A stretch of 64,000 nt of DNA from contig JAFZSK010000014.1 of NCBI GenBank assembly GCA_017620915.1, forward strand, positions 2,712 to 66,711. Direction: 5' to 3'. This document shows positions 8,905-17,451 of this stretch, in pieces. The first letter of the stretch is position 1, and every line of letters starts with the position of its first letter. The position numbers and the translations under genes were made by a program. This DNA comes from Clostridia bacterium (lineage in GTDB: Bacteria > Bacillota > Clostridia > UBA1212 > UBA1255). Below the pieces are notes generated by a model. The model saw only the letters and a list, made by a program, of their open reading frames with translations. It was not told the DNA's origin and did not search any database.

Positions 8905-10689
8905 CTATTCGACCACAGTCACTTTGACCGTAAAGCTGTGGGTGCCGGCGATCGTGACGTTGACCTCCGCCGTGCCCGGAGCGTGGGGGTAGATCAGGCC
9001 GCGCTGATTGAGCGTGATCACGGACGGGTCGGACACCTCGTATGTGACGGGGAAGTTGCGGGCAGAGATCATGTTGCCCTCGTTGTACGCCTCGCCCCAG
9101 CTGTGGTCGGAAAAGCGCACCAGCCCGCGGATCTGCTGCCGGTGGACGTCCGTCAGCGACAATGTATACTCCGCGATCACCGGCGTAAACTCCACCACCG
9201 TTCGGGGCGAGGAGCCCTGAAACTCGGAGAACGTCTCCCGGATGTACACTTTGAACTCGTTCTCGAAATTGCCGTAGCGTACGGTCACCCGGGTCTCACC
9301 GGTCTTGCCTTTGGTGTAGACGCGGTTGCCCTTTATCGAGATCAGCGAGCTGTCGTAGCCGGAGTATTTGATCTTTTTCGTGTCGTTCAGCGCATGGGCG
9401 CCCAGCATCGGATCCAGCCACACGAAAGAGACCGTGCCGTAATCCTCGTTTTTCTGGATCTCCACGATCTTGACGTTGGGGGCAATGCCGATCATCGGCG
9501 GATCGCTCTCCCGCTCCTGCAGGTAGCCTTCTTTCAGCACGCCGCGGGCGTTGGGGTCAATTGCCTCCGGCTCGCCGGTATACAGCTCCAGCTTCACAGG
9601 CTGGAAGGCGGTGGCCCATTTGCCCCAGTTGCCCTCGGCGCCGTCGCTGAACGCGTACCCCACGAACACCGGGTCCTTCAGCTGGATGTGGCCATCCGGC
9701 CGCCGTGCCACGCCCATATTGTGACAATACTGATACAGTCCCGTGCGCAGCAGCCCGGTCTGGCGGAACGTCAATCCGTCCTCCGACTCCAGTATAGCGA
9801 TCCCGCTCTGTGCCGAGAACCGGTGCTGGGTACAGAAACCGATGAACTTGCCCGCATCCTCTAAATACGCCACGTCGCAGGAGTCCTGGCTGTTGATCTT
9901 TTCGTATGCCTGCCCCCGGAACTCCAGCCGCGCGGGCCAGTCCTCCGCCGTGTCCGACGTGGACACATACACGAAATTGCCCTCGGGGCAGATCCAGGTG
10001 TAGTACATGTATAAAACGTCGTCCACGATCACAAAACTGGGCTCGCCGGCGCCGTAACTCAGGTCATATTCGTCGTAATAGATGATCGGGGCCGGATCGC
10101 CGCCCCAGCCGCTGCCGTTCCACTTTTCGTACGGGCCGTCCGCCGATTTGGAGCGGGCAACGAACACGTTATTGTTGACTCCGCCGTTCGTGCTGACAAT
10201 GGTGGAAGTGTAGCCTAAATAATAATACCCGCCGAAATACACCGCACCGGGATCGCAGCAGGAGAATTTGTCCATGGAATCCGCGCAGGGGACCAGTGTG
10301 ACTTTTTCGCCGCTGAAATTGACGCCGTCAACAGAATGCTTCACCGACAGCCAGTCCCACTCGCCGCCGTACCCGTTGGTGGAGAACCAGGCATCGCACG
10401 TGCCGTCCGCATAATACATGATCGTGGGGCCGTAGCGGTATCCGGCGGCGTCCACCGGCGGCGCGTATATAATGTTGGGCTCTCCGGCGGCGGTGACTCG
10501 CACATGGGTGTCCGGATCGGGGTCAATGGCCGGCAGCGTGTCCGTAAACAACGCCGGCGGCTTCGGTCCTTTGCGGCAGCCGGAAAACAGCAGCGGAAGA
10601 CACAAAGCAATGCACAGCACGAGGCAAAAAGCCCTGCGCAGTGCATTGCGGGTCAATATGCTTTTTTGCTTTTCAGCGTGCTTTCCCAT
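8905..10689 (-). CDS. Secreted lipoprotein of unknown function (possible glycoside-hydrolase-like beta-propeller) with C-terminal bacterial Ig-like domain
   Basis: Signal peptide with lipobox LLFSGC. Long Trp/Tyr/Gly-rich central region. C-terminal GTAEVNVTIAGTHSFTVKVTVV Big_2-like strand pattern. Function not assignable from sequence alone. Confidence 0.5.
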   Translation of the reverse strand: MGKHAEKQKSILTRNALRRAFCLVLCIALCLPLLFSGCRKGPKPPALFTDTLPAIDPDPDTHVRVTAAGEPNIIYAPPVDAAGYRYGPTIMYYADGTCDAWFSTNGYGGEWDWLSVKHSVDGVNFSGEKVTLVPCADSMDKFSCCDPGAVYFGGYYYLGYTSTIVSTNGGVNNNVFVARSKSADGPYEKWNGSGWGGDPAPIIYYDEYDLSYGAGEPSFVIVDDVLYMYYTWICPEGNFVYVSTSDTAEDWPARLEFRGQAYEKINSQDSCDVAYLEDAGKFIGFCTQHRFSAQSGIAILESEDGLTFRQTGLLRTGLYQYCHNMGVARRPDGHIQLKDPVFVGYAFSDGAEGNWGKWATAFQPVKLELYTGEPEAIDPNARGVLKEGYLQERESDPPMIGIAPNVKIVEIQKNEDYGTVSFVWLDPMLGAHALNDTKKIKYSGYDSSLISIKGNRVYTKGKTGETRVTVRYGNFENEFKVYIRETFSEFQGSSPRTVVEFTPVIAEYTLSLTDVHRQQIRGLVRFSDHSWGEAYNEGNMISARNFPVTYEVSDPSVITLNQRGLIYPHAPGTAEVNVTIAGTHSFTVKVTVVE

Positions 10690-11050
10690 ATTTTTCCACG
10701 TGTTTTTTGATGGCGTCGAAGGTCTTGTCGCTCAGATAGTGTTCGATGCGGCAGGCGTCTTCCGCGGCGGTCGCTTCGTCAACGCCCAGATCGGTGAACA
10801 GCCGGCTGAGCAGCTGATGGCGCTCGTAAATGTGTTTTGCCCGGTTTTCGCCCGCTTCGGTGAGCGAAATGAATCCCTGCGCGTCGGTGACCACGAGCCC
10901 GTCCTTTTTCAGCAGCCCCAGCGCACGGCTGACGGAGGGCTTCGAGTAGCCCATGTACGTACCGACGTCAATGCTCCGCACCGCCGTTGACTTCTGTGAC
11001 AACACATATATGGTTTCGAGGTACATTTCTCCGGATTCGCGTAAAGTCAT
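10673..11050 (-). CDS. DtxR/MntR-family metal-dependent transcriptional regulator (short form, no SH3-like domain)
   Basis: MTLRESGEMYLETIYVLSQ...SVSRALGLLKKDGLV HTH and dimerisation region typical of MntR/IdeR. Divergent from the feo operon. Confidence 0.85.
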   Translation of the reverse strand: MTLRESGEMYLETIYVLSQKSTAVRSIDVGTYMGYSKPSVSRALGLLKKDGLVVTDAQGFISLTEAGENRAKHIYERHQLLSRLFTDLGVDEATAAEDACRIEHYLSDKTFDAIKKHVEKYGKAR

Positions 11051-11203
11051 ACTGCTGCCTCCTCCGTCTGCCTGCGGTCAATGCTCGCCCGGCCGCGGTT
11101 TGCGGCCACGTTCCGGCTGTGATTGCCCGGCTGTCAACCGAAATTATAGCGTAAACAGCGGCAAGTTGCAAATGGCGGCCGGCGCTTCGCCTCCTTTTCT
11201 GTT

Positions 11204-11520
11204 TTCGTCAGCCACAAAGTGCAAAAGTCCCGAGTTGTGGCTGACACCTCCTTGTGATTCGTCAGCCACAAAGTGCAAAAACCCCGGGTTGTGGCTGACA
11301 CCTTCCGCTGATTCGTCAGCCACAAAGTGCAAAAGCCCCGGGTTGTGGCTGACACCTCCTTGTGATCCGTCAGCCACAAAGTGCAAAAACCCTGGGTTGT
11401 GGCTGACACCTTCTTGTGATTCGTCAGCCACAAAGCGCAATATTCCCGGGGTGTGGCTGACACCTCCTTGTGATTCGTCAGCCACAAAGTGCAAAAGTCC
11501 CGGGTTGTGGCTGACACAAT
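11204..11520. repeat. Tandem palindromic repeat family A-prime: 6 copies of about 61 bp (TCGTCAGCCACAAAGTGCAAAAGTCCCGGGTTGTGGCTGACACCTCCTTGTGAT)
   Basis: The arms GTCAGCCACAA / TTGTGGCTGAC are the same as in family A at 6678 but with a different 17-bp spacer. The six copies are more than 90% identical. They explain the repeat-derived ORFs 11134..11517 and 11144..11743. Confidence 0.9.
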
Positions 11521-11760
11521 TCTTCGCGGAGGCCGAAAAGATGAAAAGAAAGGGGTTTCGGCCTACGTCCATCCTTGTTGCGGAGGCCGAAAAGGTGGAA
11601 AGAAATGGTTTTCGGCCTACGCTCCGCCTCTTCGCGGAGGCCGAAAAGATGGAAAGTAAAGGGTTTCGGCCTACGCTCCACCTCTTCGCGGAGGCCGAAA
11701 AGATGGAAAATAAAGGGTTTCGGCCTCCATCATCGGCCTCCAAACATTTTTCAAAAAAGC
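11521..11760. repeat. Tandem palindromic repeat family B: 4 copies of about 60 bp (CGCGGAGGCCGAAAAGATGGAAAG.AAAGGGTTTCGGCCTACGCTCC)
   Basis: Each unit has GAGGCCGAAA ... TTTCGGCCTC inverted arms. The same family occurs at 32380-32690. Confidence 0.9.
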
Positions 11761-11762
11761 TA

Positions 11763-11791
11763 TTGACAAGTTAGCGGCGGCTAATTATAAT
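11763..11791 (+). promoter_or_regulatory. Consensus sigma-A promoter TTGACA-N17-TATAAT upstream of feoA
   Basis: TTGACA at 11763-11768, 17-nt spacer, TATAAT at 11786-11791. The first DtxR-like box overlaps the spacer. Confidence 0.6.
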
Positions 11792-11884
11792 ATACGACGG
11801 TTAGCGACAGCTAACCTATTATTACGATGAATGGTTAGCATAAACTAACCAATAATTACGACCAAAAGTTAGCAAAAGCTAACT
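11769..11884. promoter_or_regulatory. Array of four 18-bp DtxR/IdeR-like palindromic operators (GGTTAGC-N4-GCTAACC), phased about 34 bp apart
   Basis: Boxes at 11769-11786 (AGTTAGCGGCGGCTAATT), 11799-11816 (GGTTAGCGACAGCTAACC), 11833-11850 (GGTTAGCATAAACTAACC) and 11867-11884 (AGTTAGCAAAAGCTAACT). The half-sites resemble the DtxR consensus TTAGGTTAGCCTAACCTAA but have a longer centre. Confidence 0.65.
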
Positions 11885-11918
11885 CAATCGACACATATCA
11901 CGGGGAGGGCAGGAAAAC

Positions 11919-12131
11919 ATGATACCGCTCTGTTACGCAGAAACAGGACAGCCGCAGATCATAAAGAAGATCGGCGGCAATCCGGAGACCAGACAGCACC
12001 TGGAGAACCTCGGGTTCAACATCGGGGGAGAGGTCGTTGTCATCAGCACCCTGGGCGAGAACATGATCATCAAAGTCAAGGAATGCCGTGTTGCCGTCAG
12101 CGACGAGCTGGCGCGGAAAATAATGGTCTGA
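11919..12131 (+). CDS. feoA: Ferrous iron transport protein A (FeoA domain)
   Basis: 70 aa, SH3-like FeoA (..TGQPQIIKKIGGNPETRQHLENLGFNIGGEVVVIS..). GGGGAGGG RBS. Confidence 0.85.
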   Translation: MIPLCYAETGQPQIIKKIGGNPETRQHLENLGFNIGGEVVVISTLGENMIIKVKECRVAVSDELARKIMV

Positions 12132-12153
12132 CAATATAAAGGAGGAATATCAC

Positions 12154-12384
12154 TTGAAAACACTCAGAGACGTAAAAATCGGCGAGACCGCCACAGTTGT
12201 GAAACTTCACGGAGAAGGCGCGGTAAAGCGGCGCATCATGGACATGGGCATCACCCGGAGAACTAAAGTATACGTGCGCAAAGTTGCCCCGCTCGGCGAC
12301 CCCATCGAAGTCACTGTCCGGAATTACGAGCTCTCAATCCGCAAAGCGGACGCGGAAATGGTCGAGGTCGAAGAAACCGAGTGA
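12154..12384 (+). CDS. feoA: Second FeoA-domain protein (TTG start)
   Basis: 76 aa, LRDVKIGETATVVKLHGEGAVKRRIMDMGI.. FeoA fold. AAAGGAGG RBS 7 nt before the TTG. Confidence 0.8.
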   Translation: MKTLRDVKIGETATVVKLHGEGAVKRRIMDMGITRRTKVYVRKVAPLGDPIEVTVRNYELSIRKADAEMVEVEETE

Positions 12385-12411
12385 GCAGATAAGCAGAAAG
12401 GAAGCATTTTT

Positions 12412-14937
12412 ATGGACATCAGAATCGCCCTCGCGGGCAATCCGAACAGCGGTAAAACGACGCTATTCAACGCGTTGACCGGCTCCAACCAGTTCGTGGG
12501 CAACTGGCCCGGCGTCACCGTGGAAAAGAAGGAGGGCAAGCTGAAGAAGCACGACGGCGTTATTGTCACCGACCTGCCCGGCATCTACTCGCTCTCGCCG
12601 TACACGCTGGAAGAAGTGGTGGCGCGCAACTACCTCATAGGCGAGCGGCCGGACGCGATACTGAACATCGTTGACGGCACAAACCTGGAACGAAACCTGT
12701 ACCTGACCACGCAATTGACGGAGCTGGGGATCCCGGTGGTAGTCGCCATCAATATGATCGACATCGTTAAAAAGGAAGGCGACAAGATCAACACCGCGGA
12801 ACTGTCGCGCCAGATCGGCTGCCCCGTGATCGAGATCTCCGCGCTGAAGGGCACCGGTATAATGGAGGCTGCGGAAGCGGCCATTGACGCCGCGCAGAAC
12901 GGCAAGACCATACCGCAGCACAAATTCTCCGGCCCCGTGGAGCACGCGCTGGCGCATATTGAGGAGGCCGTTGTCCACGACCTGCCCGAAGAGCAGCAGC
13001 GCTGGTACGCGGTGAAGATCTTCGAGCGCGACGAAAAAGTGCTGGAATCGGTCAAACTGGATCCCGACACGCTGGCGCACATCGAGAAGGATATCCAGGC
13101 TGCCGAGACCGAGCTGGATGACGACGCGGAAAGCATCATCACCAACGAGCGCTACATCTACATCGCGGAAGTCATCAAGGCCTGCTATAAAAAGAAGAAA
13201 GAGAATCAGCTGACGAAGAGCGACAATATCGACAAAGTCGTCACCAACCGGTGGCTTGGTCTGCCGATCTTTGCCATCGTAATGTTCCTGGTGTACTACA
13301 TCGCGATGGTGACGGTGGGTACCGCGGCTACCGACTGGGCCAACGACGGCCTGTTCGGCGACGGCTACCATCTGTTCGGCATTGGGTCAAAAAAATACGA
13401 GACGAAAGTCGAAGATTACGAAGCCGCGGTCAACGCCCTCGCCGCGTTCGAATTTGACGTGGATACCGAGGCGGAGGATTTTGACGCGGACAAACTCGCA
13501 ACGAAGATACAGAGTTTCACCACGGACAAGACGTCTGCCGAAGTTGATGTAACGGATGATGAGACGCTGGAAGAGACGACGCTGACGGTATATTATGACA
13601 CGGTCCCCGCGGATGCCGATGAGGAAACCACTAACGCTATGACATTTAAAGAAGCGGTGGAATACTTCAAGGGCAGGGACTTCAGTTTCGACGAGCCGGA
13701 TCCCGCGGACGACGGCGTCTGGGTGCCCGGTGTTCCCGCGCTGCTGGATAAGCTGCTCCTTGATGCGAATGGCGATCCTAAAGTTCCCGACTGGCTGTAC
13801 GGCCTGATCCAGAACGGTATCGTGGCCGGCGTCGGCGCGGTGCTCGGCTTCGTGCCGCAAATGCTGGTGCTGTTCTTCCTGCTGGCGATCCTGGAGGGCT
13901 GCGGCTACATGGCGCGTATTGCCTTCGTGCTGGACCGTATTTTCAGAAGATTTGGTCTTTCAGGCAAATCCTTCATACCGATGCTCGTGGGTACCGGCTG
14001 CGGCATCCCCGGCATAATGGCCTCGCGAACGATAGAAAATGAACGCGACCGCCGTATGACAATTATGACCACCACGTTCATTCCCTGCGGCGCCAAACTG
14101 CCCTTCATCGCGATGGTGGCCGGCGCACTGTTCGGCGGGTCTGCGTGGGTATCCGTTTCCGCATACTTTATCGGCATGGCGGCGATCATCATCTCCGGTG
14201 TGATGCTTAAGAAGACCAAGCGATTCGCGGGCGATCCCGCGCCCTTCGTAATGGAACTTCCGGCGTACCATCTGCCTACACTGAAAAACGTGCTGCGTTC
14301 CACCTGGGAGCGCGGCTGGTCCTTCATCAAAAAAGCCGGCACGATAATCCTGCTTTCCACTATTGTAGTCTGGTTCACGTCGTACTTCGGCTGGGTCGAC
14401 GGTTCGTTCCGGATGCTGGCGGAAGAGGAGATGGGCAACTCGATCCTGGCTTACATCGGCAAAGGCTTCGCCTGGCTCTTCGCACCGCTCGGCTGGGGCA
14501 ACTGGAAAGCTGCGGTCGCGTCCGTCACCGGACTGGTGGCCAAGGAAAATATTGTCGGTACGATGGGTATCCTGTACGGCAACTGGGCCGGCATTGCCGC
14601 CTCGTTCGCAACTAAATTCGCGGGCTTCTCGTTCCTGGTGTTCAACCTGCTCTGCGCCCCGTGCTTCGCGGCGATCGGCGCTATCCGGCGCGAGATGAAC
14701 AGCGCGAAGTGGACGTGGTTCGCGGTAGGCTATCAGTGCGGTTTCGCGTATGCGATCGCGCTCATGATCAACCAGTTCGGCAATCTGTTTACCGGCAAAC
14801 TCGCTTCCGGCGCCGGAGCCGCGGTCAATGTGATCAGTCTGATCGTTGCCTTCGCGGTGCTGGGTCTGATGATCTACATGTTGTTCTTCCGCAAATATAA
14901 GGAGGCAACGAAACTCACTCAGACTGTCAAAGTCTGA
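12412..14937 (+). CDS. feoB: Ferrous iron transporter FeoB (unusually long, 841 aa, with a large acidic insertion)
   Basis: N-terminal G-domain (IALAGNPNSGKTTLFNALTG ... DLPGIYSL), a GDI-like region and a polytopic C-terminal membrane domain. About 140 aa of D/E-rich sequence is inserted near residues 300-440. Confidence 0.9.
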   Translation: MDIRIALAGNPNSGKTTLFNALTGSNQFVGNWPGVTVEKKEGKLKKHDGVIVTDLPGIYSLSPYTLEEVVARNYLIGERPDAILNIVDGTNLERNLYLTTQLTELGIPVVVAINMIDIVKKEGDKINTAELSRQIGCPVIEISALKGTGIMEAAEAAIDAAQNGKTIPQHKFSGPVEHALAHIEEAVVHDLPEEQQRWYAVKIFERDEKVLESVKLDPDTLAHIEKDIQAAETELDDDAESIITNERYIYIAEVIKACYKKKKENQLTKSDNIDKVVTNRWLGLPIFAIVMFLVYYIAMVTVGTAATDWANDGLFGDGYHLFGIGSKKYETKVEDYEAAVNALAAFEFDVDTEAEDFDADKLATKIQSFTTDKTSAEVDVTDDETLEETTLTVYYDTVPADADEETTNAMTFKEAVEYFKGRDFSFDEPDPADDGVWVPGVPALLDKLLLDANGDPKVPDWLYGLIQNGIVAGVGAVLGFVPQMLVLFFLLAILEGCGYMARIAFVLDRIFRRFGLSGKSFIPMLVGTGCGIPGIMASRTIENERDRRMTIMTTTFIPCGAKLPFIAMVAGALFGGSAWVSVSAYFIGMAAIIISGVMLKKTKRFAGDPAPFVMELPAYHLPTLKNVLRSTWERGWSFIKKAGTIILLSTIVVWFTSYFGWVDGSFRMLAEEEMGNSILAYIGKGFAWLFAPLGWGNWKAAVASVTGLVAKENIVGTMGILYGNWAGIAASFATKFAGFSFLVFNLLCAPCFAAIGAIRREMNSAKWTWFAVGYQCGFAYAIALMINQFGNLFTGKLASGAGAAVNVISLIVAFAVLGLMIYMLFFRKYKEATKLTQTVKV

Positions 14938-14987
14938 CCGAAAAGTGTGCCGAACGTACGGCGGAACAGTGAAAGGAGCTGATCAAT

Positions 14988-15167
14988 ATGAAATGGTTTG
15001 CGGACAATGCGGTCACGCTCATCACGGTTGCCGCCGTCCTGGCGCTGGTGGCGCTGGCAATATGGTCGCTGATCCGGAGCAAAAAGCACCGCCCCACCTC
15101 CGGCGGTTCCGGCTGCTCCGGGAACTGCGCCTCCTGCGGCGCGGGCTGCCCGTATTGTAAAAAATAG
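14988..15167 (+). CDS. FeoB-associated Cys-rich small membrane protein (59 aa; absent from the ORF track)
   Basis: MKWFADNAVTLITVAAVLALVALAIWSLIRSKKHRPTSGGSGCSGNCASCGAGCPYCKK: one TM helix plus a C-terminal CxGxCxxCxxxCxxC cluster. GAAAGGAG RBS. Located immediately downstream of feoB. Confidence 0.7.
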   Translation: MKWFADNAVTLITVAAVLALVALAIWSLIRSKKHRPTSGGSGCSGNCASCGAGCPYCKK

Positions 15168-15182
15168 TCGGGTCTGACTGTT

Positions 15183-15227
15183 ATTCGGCCTCCGCTGCGC
15201 AGGGACGCCTTGCAGCGGAGGCCGAAC
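15183..15227. terminator. Bidirectional intrinsic-terminator hairpin (15-bp perfect stem TTCGGCCTCCGCTGC / GCAGCGGAGGCCGAA)
   Basis: Lies between the convergent feo operon and the surface-protein gene. The GC-rich stem was read directly. The flanking T-tract is weak. Confidence 0.55.
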
Positions 15228-15272
15228 TCATTCATATAATAACGGTTCTGCGCGCCTTAAGCGCTTTCGCCG

Positions 15273-16754
15273 TTATTTCTTTTTCTTTTTGGCGACAGCG
15301 ATGCCGATAGCCGCCGCAGCCACAACTGCGCAGCCGGCAGCGATTCCGATGATCGCCCCGGTGGGAAGGCCTTTCTTATTGTCCTTGTTGTCCTTTTGGT
15401 CGTTATTGCCGCTGTTGCCGGGATCCTGCGTAGCATTATCCTTCGGCGCTTCCGTGGCAGTCGCCTTGGGAGCATCCGTCACTTCCGGCGCTTCCGTCGG
15501 TTCGGGAGTGGCGGTCGGTTCGGGAGTAGCGGTCGGCGGAGGAGGATCGCCCGGCGCCTGATAATAGAACTGCATGTTGTTGCTGCTTTCATCCATATTC
15601 AGATATGCGTAGGAGATCTCGTCATCTTCCGACTTAAGCTCTACGACCGCTCTGATCTCGTGCATAAGGCCGTCCTGCAGGCCGGTAACGTCAACTTCGA
15701 TCTCGAGCCGGGAAGCATATCCGCCGCCCGCGCCTCTAACAGCTGCCTCGGTCGCCTTAAACGCGTTTTCAAGGAAGACCGGATCGCCGTCGTCGATCTG
15801 ATATCCGGCGCGGGTCATCTCCGCTTCGAAACCGGCCCAGCCGCGGAAAGTGAAGTTCTCGTACGGATCCGCCCGGCCGTCGATCTCTCTGCCGTATTCC
15901 TCAAGCTTTGCGCTGGCGCTGCCGTCCACGCCTTCCATAATAATATTATCCAGCTGAACTCTATTGACGAAGAACGTGTCAAAGCTCATGTTTTTGCCGC
16001 CCGCATCCAGGAAGTCTTCGATCTCTGCGCCTTCCACGACGGTGTGCTCACCGACATCCTCCGGGTCCTTCATTATCTTGACGTCGTTGTCGTTGATCCC
16101 GAGCGCCGAAACGGTCCATTCGGTGGGCGCTTTGGGCAGCGTCGTATAGCCATGTCCTTTAATGACCGCGAACAATCCCATCTTCATCGTTTCGGTAAAT
16201 TTGTAGCCTTCGCCTTCATCGTAATCATCGCCGATCGTGAAGAACGACTGCGGAAGCTTTACTTCGATGACAACATTTTCCTCGTCCTGTACATAGACCG
16301 CCTCCGGAATCAGGTCGGTAATATCCGCCCCGGCGGGATCAGAGTCGTCAAGAAGCTTGGTCTCCCAGTTATGCTGCAGAATCTTCAGCGCGTGATTTTC
16401 CACAACAAATGTGACGAACAGAGGCTGCTGGTCGTCGGCAATATTGCCCGGATTGAACGCGATCTGATACCGGTCGCCTTCGTTAAAACCGCTGTTCGGA
16501 ATAACGATACCCACGAAAAGGACCTGGAACAGCAGACCGTCTCTCGGGGTATTAAGATAGTACGTGATCGTCGTGTCCAGCGTTCCGCCCGTCCACGTTT
16601 GTACGTTGTCGGGCTTCATCTCGAACATGGTCGCGTACTCGCCTTCAGTGATAACGCCATCCACCATGGGATCGTCGTCCGCTGCGATCACCGGAAGGGT
16701 AAAGAGCGAAAGCAGCATTACGGCGGTAATTATGATCGCTAATACTTTTTTCAT
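15273..16754 (-). CDS. Secreted surface protein with Pro/Thr-rich linker and C-terminal LPxTG-like (GLPTGA) motif plus TM anchor and poly-Lys tail
   Basis: Signal peptide MKKVLAIIITAVMLLSLFTLPVIA. PPPTATPEPTATPEPTEAPEVTDAP linker. LPTGA followed by a hydrophobic stretch and KKKKK. AGGAGG RBS. Confidence 0.8.
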   Translation of the reverse strand: MKKVLAIIITAVMLLSLFTLPVIAADDDPMVDGVITEGEYATMFEMKPDNVQTWTGGTLDTTITYYLNTPRDGLLFQVLFVGIVIPNSGFNEGDRYQIAFNPGNIADDQQPLFVTFVVENHALKILQHNWETKLLDDSDPAGADITDLIPEAVYVQDEENVVIEVKLPQSFFTIGDDYDEGEGYKFTETMKMGLFAVIKGHGYTTLPKAPTEWTVSALGINDNDVKIMKDPEDVGEHTVVEGAEIEDFLDAGGKNMSFDTFFVNRVQLDNIIMEGVDGSASAKLEEYGREIDGRADPYENFTFRGWAGFEAEMTRAGYQIDDGDPVFLENAFKATEAAVRGAGGGYASRLEIEVDVTGLQDGLMHEIRAVVELKSEDDEISYAYLNMDESSNNMQFYYQAPGDPPPPTATPEPTATPEPTEAPEVTDAPKATATEAPKDNATQDPGNSGNNDQKDNKDNKKGLPTGAIIGIAAGCAVVAAAAIGIAVAKKKKK

Positions 16755-16836
16755 AGGTACCTCCTGTATATTGTTTTTGGTAGGTCAATTATATCAGGCG
16801 GCTCCGGCCGGTGTCAATGCTGACGGCGGCTTGACT

Positions 16837-17373
16837 GGGCTCTGCTCCCGATTTCGCAAAAACCACAGCCGCGCGACCGGCGGCGCCATGTCGGCTAGCA
16901 GGCGGATTAGGACAAAAATGCATATTTCTTTTCTTATTATACCATGGAAGGCGACTTCTAAGGCAATTTGTATGCTAATGCGTATTGCCTACTTGGGCAA
17001 TTTTATAATTCTAGGATTGTTTTATACCAGATTGGGCGCCTTCTCTCGATTATCGGCTCTATCGACTTTTAAGCGATTAGGATAAAATGACTTCAGATTA
17101 AAGTTTTTATACCACGATAGTCTCGGATGATAGGATTAATTTAATCTATATCAATGTTTCTATACCATTTTTTGAGTTTCGCGTTTTTGAAAATGAGCGG
17201 GAGCAAGAAAAAACTAGTATTAAACCATGTGGGTCAAGACTTTTTATACCAGATATGGCCCAAAAAATGAAAATGAGGCGGCCACAATGGAAAAAAACAG
17301 GCGGACAAGCAAAGCTGACCGAGCGCCGTCGGTCGCGCGACTTGACTCTGCTGCGAAATCGGGAGCAGAGCCC
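16837..17373. mobile_element. MITE-like / foldback element: about 50-bp imperfect terminal inverted repeats (GGGCTCTGCTCCCGATTTCGCA...GCGCGACCG(G/A)CGGCGC) flanking a 430-bp AT-rich core with 5 copies of a TTTTATACCA motif
   Basis: Left IR 16837-16888. The reverse complement of 17322-17373 has 22 perfect plus 17 near-perfect matching bases. The core holds TATACCA motifs at about 16930, 17020, 17110, 17160 and 17245. Only spurious small ORFs lie inside. Confidence 0.5.
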
Positions 17374-17451
17374 TTGCCCGCGGCCGCTTGCCAGCACCCG
17401 TTTATTTATGCTAAAATTCCATTGTCGAATTTCTGCTGAAAGGTGAGCGCC

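Noticed and set aside
8905-10689. Assigning the 594-aa lipoprotein to GH43
   Set aside because: It has a beta-propeller-like aromatic/Gly-rich composition, but I could not identify the GH43 catalytic Asp/Glu motifs with confidence. It is kept as a lipoprotein of unknown function.
11204-11760. Possible CRISPR array (and likewise 22464-22775, 32380-32690, 36395-36800)
   Set aside because: The sequences between the palindromic arms are conserved from unit to unit, so there are no unique spacers. Repeat periods are 52-84 bp with internal hairpins, and there are no cas genes nearby. These are tandem palindromic repeats, not CRISPR.
10953-11774. 273-aa plus-strand and 127/199/67-aa minus-strand ORFs across 11134-11766
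   Set aside because: They are translations of the family A-prime/B tandem repeats, and the periodic peptide repeats mirror the DNA repeat. The region is intergenic regulatory sequence.
14945-15160. 71-aa ORF in the track between feoB and the terminator
   Set aside because: A different frame at the same locus (14988-15167) encodes the well-known FeoB-associated Cys-rich membrane protein pattern and has an RBS. The 71-aa frame is Arg/Gly-rich with no support.
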